Shown: one piece after another, positions 33,001 to 42,500 of the stretch | Numbering within the stretch: the first letter of the stretch is position 1 | How the letters are laid out: each line of letters starts with the position of its first letter | Virus record (IMG/VR): IMGVR_UViG_3300032285_000892 | Coordinates: 32,001 to 96,000 of that record | Direction: 5' to 3' (one strand) | Source of the DNA: a virus | DNA length: 64,000 bases | Position numbers and translations under genes: made by a program | The notes under the pieces: generated by a model | Told to the model about the DNA's origin: nothing | Databases searched by the model: none | What the model saw: the letters and a program-made list of their open reading frames with translations, nothing else

Positions 33001-36000
33001 CTGCTAAGCCTACACAAGGAAGACCGTTCATTGTTAAACTATTTGCTGATTTAGTAAACTTCATCAAAGAATTCTTTACAGGAAAGAAAGCAGAGATTAA
33101 TACAGCAAACTTATTTGATAAGATTGGTAGAGGATATTATAAACAATATTCTCCGTATGAATCCAAACTTGCCTTTGCCAAAGAAGGAATCATTGATATA
33201 GAAGATGCGTATGCTGATTCTGAAAGTGACTTCCGTGTAGCTGGATTTACAAGTGGTCAAGAGCATGATGTCATGCAAGAGATGACTTACTTAACTCTAG
33301 CTGAGCTTACAACTACTAACAAATCTTTATTCAATATCTCCGACACTGTATTCAAGAAAGATGAGCATTACAATAAGTTAAAGACTTATATGCTTACCAC
33401 TCTTGCTAATGCTATTCAAGTAGTACAAGAAGATACAACCAAAGGAGATAAGGAAAAACAAACTGATATTGATAACTATGCTGCATTGTTTGAGAACATT
33501 GATAACCAATGGCCTGCATTAGTTCAAAGACATGCTGAGTATCTAGTTCCTTACAATGTTGAGTTTGATGAGAATGATCATATTACATTAAAGGATGAAG
33601 ACAACTCTGGTAAAGAATTGTATCAAGATGCTAATAAGATTGATGCATTTAGAAAAGCAAACTCTGCTGTTAAGTTATTGTTGTCAACAATCCCAAGAGT
33701 AGATACAACAGGTAAACCTACGTTATCTTCTATTGGTGGACACACCCTTATTCCTTATTCTGAAATTAGTGTTTCATTAATGAATAAGATTGCTTCTTCT
33801 CGCACTGTAGATCAGATGGTTCAGAGGATTGCAGATATGGCTAAGAATGACATCAAGTATAAAGTGTTGTACCAACGTATCACTAGATCTAAAGCATATC
33901 CTAATGGTGATGATTATACAAATCCTAGATTCAGTCTTAATCAACTTGGCGAAGAGCATGAGGTACGTTTAATTAATACACTATGGCGTACGTTTAAGAA
34001 AAACAATCCAGAGGTATTAAATCTTTATGTATTAGATAATGGTGAGGTTCAAGTAGGTGATTCTAATTTCACTACTGCTTCAGCACAAGTGTTTAATGAT
34101 TTCCAAGAAAGCATTGTTGAGTCTGTTAGAAATAATAAGAGTCCGTTCTTTGTTTACTCTGCTGAAGCTAGAGGTTACATTGGTGTTGCAGGATCTGCTA
34201 GTAAGCCCTTGAGTAGTACTGCTGCTAGGGTTAAGTTCTTAAAAGATTTAGGTATATCATTCACTGCTAAAGAAATAGATAAGCTTGCTTCAAAAAAGGA
34301 TTTTACAAGATTTAATAAAGCTGTAGATGGTATTCGTACCAGTATCAATGAGGCAGATAAGATTGCTACAATTAGTGGTAAGACTGTTGACATTACAGGT
34401 AGATTAAAACAATTAGCTGAGATAAGAGCTAAGATTGATAACCCTGAGTTTAGTAGCACGTACTTTAATATTAATGGTGAGCGTGTACAAGTGTTTATTG
34501 GTACTAATGCCAACAGTGATTTGTATGATGCTTTAGCTAATATTGATAACTTGAATGACTTAAAAGGTTCACAATACGGATACCTTACTACAGATTCATT
34601 TGTAAAAGGTTCAGTGAAACTGAATGCTATGTTTGATCCTGAAACTGGAGAACGTATTGAAGGAGCACAACAGTTATTAAAGAGTACCTACGCTGATGGT
34701 ACAGTTAACTCTGCTAAGGGTAAGAGAAAGTCTTCTTCTAAGTTAACATATAAAGAACGTCTTGTTCAACAAATGAACATGATGTTAGAAGGATATTATC
34801 CTAACCTTGTTCCTGGAGATGCTTCTATGGAGCAAATGGTATACATGGGTAATGAGTTCTCTGCAAAAGATATGGCAAACTTTGAGAACAAGATCATGCC
34901 TGTCTTTAGAGATTACTTCTTAAGTGAAGTGAATCTATCTAAAGAAGATCGTCCTGTAGTTAGAGGAAATACAACAGACTTACGTTTCTTCAAACCTATC
35001 TTAGCTGATAATAATGCTAAGACTGAAGAAGAACGTAACTCTTTACATACTGATATAGTTAAAGCTATTAAAGAAGGTGGTAGTGCAGAAAGTATCTACA
35101 AATCATTTGATAGCAGAATAACAAAAGCAGTGAAGGACTTCATTACTTCTGAGAGTGGCAATCTTCAGGACTTATTAGAGTTCTACGGCATCTTAACTGA
35201 AGAAGAAGGAAGCTATAACTTTGAGAACATTGCTATTGGTAAAGATCTCAATACAGATGAGATGAACAGACAAGTACAAGCAATTGCTGTCAACTTCATG
35301 ATTAATAATATTGAACTTCATAAGTTATTATACTCTGATCCATATCAGTATCTAGATGAGTTAAAGCGTATCAAGAACTTCATTTCTCCAAGACAGTCTA
35401 TCATTAGTCAGTCTCCAGCAATGAACTCTGCTATGGATAACGTTTACAATAAAAGATATAGTAAGGAAGTAGATAAAGATGGTAACCTTATAGATATTGG
35501 TAATACTAATTTCTTAAAGGATTCATTTACATCCATCACTCTTTCTGATGTAAATGCTGTTGATCCAAAGTTAAAAGGATACATAGAAGAAGCTTACAAA
35601 GAGACTGACGGTGGTGGTGTCATCATGTATAAGGCTTATCGTAACTTCCGTATTCGTGCTGGAGAATGGAATGATCTAGAAGAGAAGCAGTATCGTTATG
35701 ATATTGCTTGGGAGAAGATGGACAAAGGATTGTTTGATCAGATGTCTGATTATGAGCAAGAGTTATTAAATGAAGGTAATCCTCAAGTGAAGAGTGCTTA
35801 CACGCCTATCAAACCTATTGTATCTGGTAACAAAGCTAACGGTAGAGATTACAATGATGTAATGCTTGATAAGTTTGCCCTTTATCCTTTATCTTACAGA
35901 ATTCAAAAAGAAATTAATAGTACATCTAATGCTATCAAGTTGTATGACAAGATGCAGAAAGAGAATATTGACTATGCTGTATTCAGTAGTAGTAGAAAGG

Positions 36001-39000
36001 TAGGAGCTGAAGAGACAAATGATTTGTACAATCCTGAAACTGGAGACTTTGTTAACGAGCCATTCAAAGGATTAATCGAAGTTCCATTTGCCATCATGAG
36101 TATTCAATCTGAGGTTCCTTCTAAGGACACTGCAGACATCACTCGTGGTTCTCAAGTAACTAAGTTAATCACTCTTGACTTAATGCAAGCAGGTGTTCCT
36201 GTAGACTTTAAGTCTAATGTAAAAGACTTTGCAAAAAGATATGAAGCTTGGTACAACCTATCAGATGCTGAAAGAATGAAACAATCTGAGTTATACACTG
36301 AGATTGTTAATAATCAAAAATATCTTGAGCTTATCATGGAGAACGGATTTAATGTTCTATTAGATAAGTTAGGTATTACAGTTACTAAGACTGGAGCTTA
36401 CAAGATATCAGATGTTGCAAAGCTAGAGAAAACTCTTCGTGATGAAATGTTGAAGAGAGAGATCAATGATAACATTTCAGATGCTTTAACTGGATTCTTA
36501 AATGGTGATGTTGTTCTTGAGGCTACTCCTGCTTACCAACAAATCAGAAACATTTTATACTCTATTGCAGATAAGAATGTAATGTCTCCTACAATCTCTG
36601 GAGGTATGAAGGTACAGATCTCTCCTGCATTGTTAGAGAGTGTCAAAGCCAAAGCTATAACAGATAAAAAAGGCAAGACTGCATATGTTAATGATACACT
36701 AGACTTCTATGAATTAGAAGAAGGTGGTAAGAAGATTAAGGTGTGTGAGATCTTGGTAGGTAGATGGTTCAATAGTGATATGAGTGATGAGGCATTACTT
36801 AAGTATCTAAATACCACAGATGAAGGAAAGAAAATCTTATCTGGCTTAGCATATCGTATCCCTTCACAAAAGCAGAACTCTATTGATGTATTCCGTATTA
36901 AGAAGTTTCTTCCTAAAGAGTTTGGTGACTCAGTAGTTATTCCATCACAACTAGTAAACAAAGCAGGATCTGACTTTGACATAGATAAGTTGAACATCTA
37001 CTTTAAGTCCTTGTTCATTAATCTTGAAGGTAAGCCAGAGATGTTTAAATATCAAGGATCTGAGCAAGCTACTAAAGATTACTATGGTAACATGTTTGAT
37101 ACATTGATTCAAAGTAAAGAATCTAATGTACTTAAGCAATTACTAAATCTATCTTTTAGTGAGTTTGATGATCCTGAATATGAAGCTAAGTTGCAAGATA
37201 GATTAGAAAAGATTGATAAGAGTAAGATCAATCGTGAGAACTTTATTAACAATGCTTATAGAAGATCTCTCGAGAATGAATACATTCAGTCTTCTGAGAA
37301 CCTAGCTAGTCATCCTGCTAACTTTGAGCAGTTAACTAAACCTAACTCTTCAAAAGACTTCCAAGACTTATCTATTGAAATTGTTGACAAGCTTGGTAAG
37401 AAAACTTTTGACTATTCATCTACAGGTAACATGTTAAGTATTCCGTTCATGACTGAACTAAGACATGCTTTTGTTACAGGTAAATATGCAATTGGTATTG
37501 CTGCTCAAGCACAAACTAATCACTCATTGAATCAACGTCAACCAATGTACATTGATCCTGAGAGAAGAAAGTTAGCTGATGAAGTTGATAGAAAATGGTT
37601 AGGTAACGGTGAGGTTAATTTTGAGCAATACAATAAGATTGACATCAAAGGTAAGATGTACCCTACTTTATCATTCATCAAGAATGCTATTGGAGAAAAC
37701 ATCTCTGACTTAATTAGTCAGTTTATTGATGGCTATGTAGATATCTCTAAGGGTCCTTGGATCATGGCAATGGGTGCTACACCAAACGTTGCTGGTACAT
37801 GGATGTTCTTAACTAAGATTGGTGTACCTATCAAAACTGTAGGATACTTCATGAACCAACCTATTGTTCGTGATTACTTATTGTCTATTGAGAAGGCTGG
37901 TTACTCATACTTGTTTATGGATGACTTTGTTGATGCTGCTAAAGCTAACTATAAAACATCATCTACTAATCAAATTAAAACTATTCCTTCTGAATCTGCA
38001 TTAGGTAAGATGCTTGGTAATACAGAATTAACTGAAGATCAAAAAGCAGAACAACAATTCATCTTAGATGAGTTCTTGAAATATGCTAAGATGGCAGAAC
38101 AGTTATTCTTAGTTGCTCAAGGATCTAACTATGATACAGCTACATTCAGCGATGGTTATTTAGTATTCAAGAAACAAATTCAATTAGAGAAAGCACAAAG
38201 ATCTATTATTACATCTGTAGATGATCTATTAAAAAACTCATTCATTGGTAGACTTAAGGAGCTTACAGGCGATGTGCGTAATGCATTAGCAGAAACAGTA
38301 TTAAAATCTGACGAACCATCTAGAGTGAGAGGTGTTGTACAGAAGGTATTAAGACCTTATGTAAACATGAATGATAGAGACTTTGTTAAGGTGGCACAGA
38401 CTGTTGTATCTAACTTGTTTGACTGGGCAGTACAAATTGATTCGGGACTGAATAGCAGAATCAAGACCATCTTAATAGGTGATGAGAAGAATAAAACAGC
38501 TGTTGCAGGTGAAGTGATGAAGTATGTTAATGATATCAAGGAAGATTCAGAACATCCTTTATTTAATAACTATGCTATAGAATTGTTCTCTTCTAAGTAT
38601 GCACAGTCTGAAGGTAAAGTGAACAACTTGATTGTTAAGAACAAAGACAACCAAGTGTATAATCAGAATCAATTGATTTATGCATTTGAAGAAATCAAAG
38701 CTGACAATCCTGAGATCTATGGTAAGATGGTGAGACTTGCAGTGTTACAATCTGGTTTAACTAACTCAGGTATATCATTTACATTCTTACTTCCTTATAA
38801 AGACTTCAAAGCAGTTTATAATAAAACCTTGTCTGTTATCGAAGAATTTGCTAACTTAGATGACTTCTATGAGATGAATGTATTTGAGAGAAACAATTGG
38901 AATAACTCAGATATGGTTCCTTATGTAAAAGCTAACTGGATTCAATCTAAGAAGACTGGTAAATTTTATTACAATCCAGGAATGTCATTTATTGACAAAG

Positions 39001-39557
39001 GAATTAATACTGCTATAAGACAAGGAACCGTTCCACAATTACTTCAGTTATCTCCATATGGAGCAGCTGCTGATAAAGATGTTATTGTTTACTCATGGGA
39101 AGAGGGAACTAAGAATGAGAAGAAAGCAATGAGAGCTGCTAATGATTACTCTTACATCAAGAAAGGATTATTTAAAAGAGTATATCAAGGTGGCACACCA
39201 TTAATTCATACATACACAAGTTCTGATGGAACTGTTAGAGAGAACTATGTATACAAGATGATGAACGCATGGGGTCAAGCAATGAATGCTAATGAGTTCT
39301 ACATTGGACCAAGAGCTTCAGTAATTGAGAATGGATTTGAGAAAGTATTTGCATCCACTACAGTTATCGAACCGTCTAAAGGAATCTTCTTCACTAATGT
39401 AACTAGTGATGAGGTGAGTGACGATCCAGTAGTTAGCTTATACAACAACACTCCATTGCCTACAGCTACTAATGAATTGATTGAAAATCCTGTTAAAGAA
39501 GGACAAACTGAAGACTGGCAAGAAGAAGATAACACTTGCACTAACCCAATTGGATAA
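27063..39557 (+). CDS. Giant virion DNA-dependent RNA polymerase (phi14:2 gp66 / crAss-type) fused to membrane-like, coiled-coil and zincin-like regions
   Basis: Catalytic loop AGSDFDIDKL (DFDID at 36972-36986), preceded by RIPSQKQNS. Zincin-like GYHEVFE..EQLAEEF at 32799. N-terminal Gly/Ala-rich hydrophobic stretches. Confidence 0.9.
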   Translation: MADQLPEQLKPVNLAAYMPSRVPDLSALVQSGNVGGGEPDLDIASQFQSLISQNSSKGNPLPVVSGGDVDFSGRYPLFYTDRDNEEMYAQAQSFGEKAYNGIAKFTGVTTAAFLNGTVGVVDGIYSAIHDWDASKFWKNDTSIALNDWTKNMEDSYAHYKTLRERNGNWWEPENLFTGNMFFDNIVKNLGYTVGSMGAGVVWGGALGLIGKAAKLSAYGTEAASIADSIIAEGAMTGDAASIASSSAKLDGALSSFQAKLGKAMLGSNRAIVAATGTAGEAGFEALNNSQEFRQRMIDQFKATHGYSPTEEDLKTIDQYATSVGNYSWLANSALLTATNYIQLPKIFSSTFKGERSIANTMLSEGKWVSSLADKGIGKFATKAKNVAGLFFAKSEAFEEGAQFAIQTGTQNYFDKKYKGEGASILNDAIGHGIKEAVSTDEGLLNIFLGGFSGGMSMAYGNIKQRGVTGYGGQEAKLRNEALGAWKDSMLTDKLKASVNDIRIAEAVQEERKQAIIDNDIQLAKDKEFDYAHTFIRSRLRYGAKEAIDAEIADLKQRAITDFIKLQTEGIAANTDTKEAFLNRLETVQQQANDAAKLKEALDVKYKGIVDPTTGKRAYSDATLEKLLYAGSKISDYNRRIPQLDQSLASYGISTTDALTEVVDTGTLSKETQDEVMNAIQSLTKSGIDSDIQDTLTTDFNDMMKLGVLRKKFLEEYNNLKTTPEKFDKLDEKAEEDNKPVDENAPKEVVTYKNEEGEDATLDTNEEYYIGTEAKNRKDKTVYSFKKFTVLGENEDGTIKVKTDEGEIKSIDKSWFTDNGKYLGKTSDVKADPKKRFFLNNRNTVYTFNFGKDKGGEVNGRLRYSEKEGVLEFVYLDKKGKERSLEVTGDQFTPKPGYKQAIIRATAVMSPLQKASEEEFIADSKNDPRVLEKIAKRAALLETFFDEMAENLAKTKRMVESKKRELNKTVEKIKGLRKTVEGPEAITAKTKRIKATVHTAIQNIASLTKMQDQLNDEIKSLEAEQEQLEINLEYVTDLASRLDEMPADLTKFYAVVRQERNALKETILEKGKLMNALHRVMENLESALQSLINQVMDLIGGFETKYPGLPMSASQISEFLTYFKGKPWERPSFMSVHPELIPDLQELDAEVAQIDEIQITPKQAAIDKTLEDIITLEEELTQLDKQLKAVSEVDTRLRKIYDEYVAGIKETEDIKKNKELKEQALGTIDNSLANVQYDRAYNPSSKKATAVIPNATIAPSEESEGKPLAEHHLRANLFGAKLENLPNRGNIQAVYVTKGNEAELGLPGLMDDLKGDAEGFSSSDTIAIVMVQMVDGKPRPVGIDGEVLETPSFENAIFQVKPTAEKLGDLFRDEKEGGPTKDQKDFIVNEYRAWRKETLANPSLTAYPVDASFGIPVRESSLDSEQNKVIDYTASTDVVSAGLVASNDKKNDLSTKQLVTVPTTEGTLNQGTTSYANPVGRPFLTLPNGNVPLKNRNLTKAEAETIYQALLRLAMLKNFKSDEAVRLMDWLRTIVYWGVPKNNPGYSSLFFNVKEDGTLALFISGKGTNIPFTTSSIKSNKDNLLTLLGGMYNNTNSRLVDNEEDYRKPYEEIVSVSEDGTVQSVTWKNYQTYLLSPKNPDGSIRKNIPLTVAMHPITGENDTNREGIYFIVNSNADRYAIPDVPAVSAALTPIASTRVLGATPVAQQAPAPAAQPATQYKFDGETENTAMVHGKPVKFIIDAAKFDDEGFVSLDIDKSAAVAIGKAIGSQDADEIEAEAGNTIYAAIYKELKAAQAPAPVVSTPVADVAAAPVVQTPAASTDASADTMAKIKAMQGGAIPNEFRVAINNSNQKRFEREDWKKFENWLKTTFPNVPVYRVKNVIQATNGQQAWGMFKNGAIYVYENAEVGTGYHEVFEAVWKMFSDKDERANVINEFKQRSGTFTDRPSGRTVNYKDATDQEIKEQLAEEFRDYVLKGKIPAKPTQGRPFIVKLFADLVNFIKEFFTGKKAEINTANLFDKIGRGYYKQYSPYESKLAFAKEGIIDIEDAYADSESDFRVAGFTSGQEHDVMQEMTYLTLAELTTTNKSLFNISDTVFKKDEHYNKLKTYMLTTLANAIQVVQEDTTKGDKEKQTDIDNYAALFENIDNQWPALVQRHAEYLVPYNVEFDENDHITLKDEDNSGKELYQDANKIDAFRKANSAVKLLLSTIPRVDTTGKPTLSSIGGHTLIPYSEISVSLMNKIASSRTVDQMVQRIADMAKNDIKYKVLYQRITRSKAYPNGDDYTNPRFSLNQLGEEHEVRLINTLWRTFKKNNPEVLNLYVLDNGEVQVGDSNFTTASAQVFNDFQESIVESVRNNKSPFFVYSAEARGYIGVAGSASKPLSSTAARVKFLKDLGISFTAKEIDKLASKKDFTRFNKAVDGIRTSINEADKIATISGKTVDITGRLKQLAEIRAKIDNPEFSSTYFNINGERVQVFIGTNANSDLYDALANIDNLNDLKGSQYGYLTTDSFVKGSVKLNAMFDPETGERIEGAQQLLKSTYADGTVNSAKGKRKSSSKLTYKERLVQQMNMMLEGYYPNLVPGDASMEQMVYMGNEFSAKDMANFENKIMPVFRDYFLSEVNLSKEDRPVVRGNTTDLRFFKPILADNNAKTEEERNSLHTDIVKAIKEGGSAESIYKSFDSRITKAVKDFITSESGNLQDLLEFYGILTEEEGSYNFENIAIGKDLNTDEMNRQVQAIAVNFMINNIELHKLLYSDPYQYLDELKRIKNFISPRQSIISQSPAMNSAMDNVYNKRYSKEVDKDGNLIDIGNTNFLKDSFTSITLSDVNAVDPKLKGYIEEAYKETDGGGVIMYKAYRNFRIRAGEWNDLEEKQYRYDIAWEKMDKGLFDQMSDYEQELLNEGNPQVKSAYTPIKPIVSGNKANGRDYNDVMLDKFALYPLSYRIQKEINSTSNAIKLYDKMQKENIDYAVFSSSRKVGAEETNDLYNPETGDFVNEPFKGLIEVPFAIMSIQSEVPSKDTADITRGSQVTKLITLDLMQAGVPVDFKSNVKDFAKRYEAWYNLSDAERMKQSELYTEIVNNQKYLELIMENGFNVLLDKLGITVTKTGAYKISDVAKLEKTLRDEMLKREINDNISDALTGFLNGDVVLEATPAYQQIRNILYSIADKNVMSPTISGGMKVQISPALLESVKAKAITDKKGKTAYVNDTLDFYELEEGGKKIKVCEILVGRWFNSDMSDEALLKYLNTTDEGKKILSGLAYRIPSQKQNSIDVFRIKKFLPKEFGDSVVIPSQLVNKAGSDFDIDKLNIYFKSLFINLEGKPEMFKYQGSEQATKDYYGNMFDTLIQSKESNVLKQLLNLSFSEFDDPEYEAKLQDRLEKIDKSKINRENFINNAYRRSLENEYIQSSENLASHPANFEQLTKPNSSKDFQDLSIEIVDKLGKKTFDYSSTGNMLSIPFMTELRHAFVTGKYAIGIAAQAQTNHSLNQRQPMYIDPERRKLADEVDRKWLGNGEVNFEQYNKIDIKGKMYPTLSFIKNAIGENISDLISQFIDGYVDISKGPWIMAMGATPNVAGTWMFLTKIGVPIKTVGYFMNQPIVRDYLLSIEKAGYSYLFMDDFVDAAKANYKTSSTNQIKTIPSESALGKMLGNTELTEDQKAEQQFILDEFLKYAKMAEQLFLVAQGSNYDTATFSDGYLVFKKQIQLEKAQRSIITSVDDLLKNSFIGRLKELTGDVRNALAETVLKSDEPSRVRGVVQKVLRPYVNMNDRDFVKVAQTVVSNLFDWAVQIDSGLNSRIKTILIGDEKNKTAVAGEVMKYVNDIKEDSEHPLFNNYAIELFSSKYAQSEGKVNNLIVKNKDNQVYNQNQLIYAFEEIKADNPEIYGKMVRLAVLQSGLTNSGISFTFLLPYKDFKAVYNKTLSVIEEFANLDDFYEMNVFERNNWNNSDMVPYVKANWIQSKKTGKFYYNPGMSFIDKGINTAIRQGTVPQLLQLSPYGAAADKDVIVYSWEEGTKNEKKAMRAANDYSYIKKGLFKRVYQGGTPLIHTYTSSDGTVRENYVYKMMNAWGQAMNANEFYIGPRASVIENGFEKVFASTTVIEPSKGIFFTNVTSDEVSDDPVVSLYNNTPLPTATNELIENPVKEGQTEDWQEEDNTCTNPIG

Positions 39558-39559
39558 AC

Positions 39560-42500
39560 ATGAGTACTTGTAAAGACACACAAAAGTTTAGGACATCTGA
39601 AGCATCCACTAAAGCAGCAATGCGTACACAGGGTGCTATAGATGGATTTTTGAACATACTCGATTTGGGTTTATTTAGAACGCTTAATGGTAAGTGGTCT
39701 AGAGATGCTAAGGAAAGATTCAACGTGCAAGAGATGTTATTCTTTGAAGAGGATAATGGTAGAAAAGCCAAACCTAATAAGCCAGCATTCAAACAAATTG
39801 ATAATGCTAAAGGCATCTACTATCAAGAAGATGGGATGGCTCAATCAGTTGCAGACTCTCAGGTAATTGCTAATGTCAAGAAGCTTTTAGATAAGATGGG
39901 TGTGTCTATTCAGGACATATCTACTTATGCTAAGGAAGCTGGATTGGATGTAACAGGGATCAATGGTATTGCTGATTTAACAAGAGGTATCATTGCTCTA
40001 GCTGATGGTAAAGAAGCTGCTGCTATTACAGAGGAGATGGTTCACATTGCCACTGCTATTATAGAGAAGAGAAATCCTGGAATGATTACAGAGATGATCT
40101 CTAAGATTGATCGGTTCAAGATATATAATGAAACATTAAAACAATACAAAGACAATCCTAAGTATCAACTACCTACTGGCAAACCTGACATTCGTAAGAT
40201 TAAGAAGGAAGCTGTAGACAAATTAATCTCTGAGTTAATTATTAATGGTGGTAATCCGTCTGAGTCTTTCCCAGAACTTGCAGAAGATGTTGAAAGATCT
40301 ACTATTCAGATCTGGTGGAACAAGATACTTGATTGGTTTAGAGGACAATATAAAAACGCAAACATTGATATCTTTCAAGAAGCTAAGGAACAAATCTTAG
40401 AAGGAGATTTAGGAACTGTACAAGAAGCTGGTCTTGAAGGAACGTACTATCAGTTAAGTGATGAGCAACAAAAGATTATAAACAATCTTAAAAATACAGG
40501 ATTAATTAAAACAGAATCTGAAGAAAAAACAGATCCTGTTCTAATGGATACAGAAGAAGCTACTAGCTTCTATGAAGTACAGAATGCTGAAGGTACATTA
40601 ACTCGTGTTAAGAACAGGGTTACTGACTTGGTTAAAAACTATTACAATAGTATTCCTGCATTCAGAAACAAAACTTTTACACCAGAAGAACAGAAGTTCA
40701 ATGATCTTAAAAGAAGACTAGGTATTAGAGGCCATAAAGATTTTGAATTAATCCATGGTAGATACTTTAATGAAGATGGTACAAAGAGAACAAGTCCTCT
40801 TCCACGTCCAGAAAAGTTTGATAATTTATCTGAAGACATGTACATATTGCTTGAGCAATACTACGTTGACTTAGTTAATAGTTTACCAAAGGATACAATT
40901 ATTCTATCTGAGGTAAAGGTATATGATCCTAAAGCAGATAGAGCTGGTACGATTGACTTCTTGGCTATTGATCCTACTGGTAAAGCTCACATCCTTGACT
41001 GGAAGTTTATGCAGATCAATGGTGATGATGTTGCATGGTTTAAGAAAGGAGCATATGATGTTCAGTTAGGAGAGTATAAAAAAATCCTACGTGAGAACTA
41101 TGGTATCACTCAGTTTGGAATGAACAGAGCTATTCCTATCTCTATGGAATTCCAATATCAAACTAAAGGAGATAAGTCATCACCACTAGTTCTTAAGAGT
41201 ATTGCTATTGGAAGTGTTGATAAGTCTAAGTCTGTACCGTTATATCTACAACCTGTACCTGAATCAAGTGAGTCTACAGGGTTTGCAGAACTAGATACAT
41301 TGGTTAGTAAGTTGACAGCATTACTTAATGACTTAAGCAATGTAAGATCTAAGACTGAAGACGAGCGTGAGTTCAAGATTGAATCTTTAAACACTCTTAG
41401 AAAAGCTATTAGACTTCTTCAAGTGACACAAGATAGGCAACCTTTGATTCATGCAATTGAAGTAATGCGTCAAGAAGGAGAGCAGATCACAGATGATTAC
41501 AAGATGATCTATGATAAGATGCCTGCTAAGTCTACTGATGTAGATAATGCATCTTTATCTGACTTTGCTAATAAGATGAATGACTATATCAAGAACTCTG
41601 ATATATTTGCAAACATTGGAGATCAGATTGGACATCTCATCTATACTGAAGACATGGATGCTTTAGCTAAAACTAAAGAGGAGAAAGCATTAGTTGAAAG
41701 TAGAAAAAGCACATTAAAGAACTTAGAAGCTGAATCTAAGAAAATTAGAATGTCTAAGACTGACATCATTGAATCAGCTAAGAAGTTCAATGATAAGTTT
41801 GTAGGACAGAGAAATAACATTACTGGTATTCTTAAACCTGAAGCTGTTGTAAAAGGATTAGTTTCTTGGTTTAGAGGAGTATCTGAATTAAGTTCTGCTT
41901 CTTTGAATGCATTGTATTCATTATATTCTAAAGGAGTGAGTGAAGCAAATGCTAATGCGTTAGTTAATGTCAATAAGATAATGGACATTAGAACTAAGCT
42001 ATTAGAAAGAGGTGGTGATATAAGAGCAATGGTTCGTCAGATCTATCAGTCAGATGAGAAAGGTGGATTAGTTAATAAACTTATCCGTAAGTATTCTAAA
42101 GATTTCTATTCTGAAGTTGATGAGAATGCTAAGAAAGATACAGGTAAGAAAGACTGGTTAAAGAGTAATGTTGATATTGAAGCTTATAAAGAAGCAGCAA
42201 GCAAAAGACTAGAACAAGATATTGCTAGAGTTAAAGCTGGTAAGTATCCTAAGGGTCAAGAGGAAGAAATCATTGAAGACCTTATTCTAAAGAAGCAACG
42301 TTTCTATGATATTGAGCGTGAGGACTTTAATGGTTGGAAGAATCCTTTATTAAAGAAATTCCCTAAAGAAAAATGGTTATCAGAAGAATACAAAAAGATA
42401 TCTAAGGATAAAGAATTGTTTGAGTTATATAACTTCATTGTTGAATTCAATGAACAGAAAGCTCAACCTTCTGGATACTTAGCTAACCAGACAGCATCTA

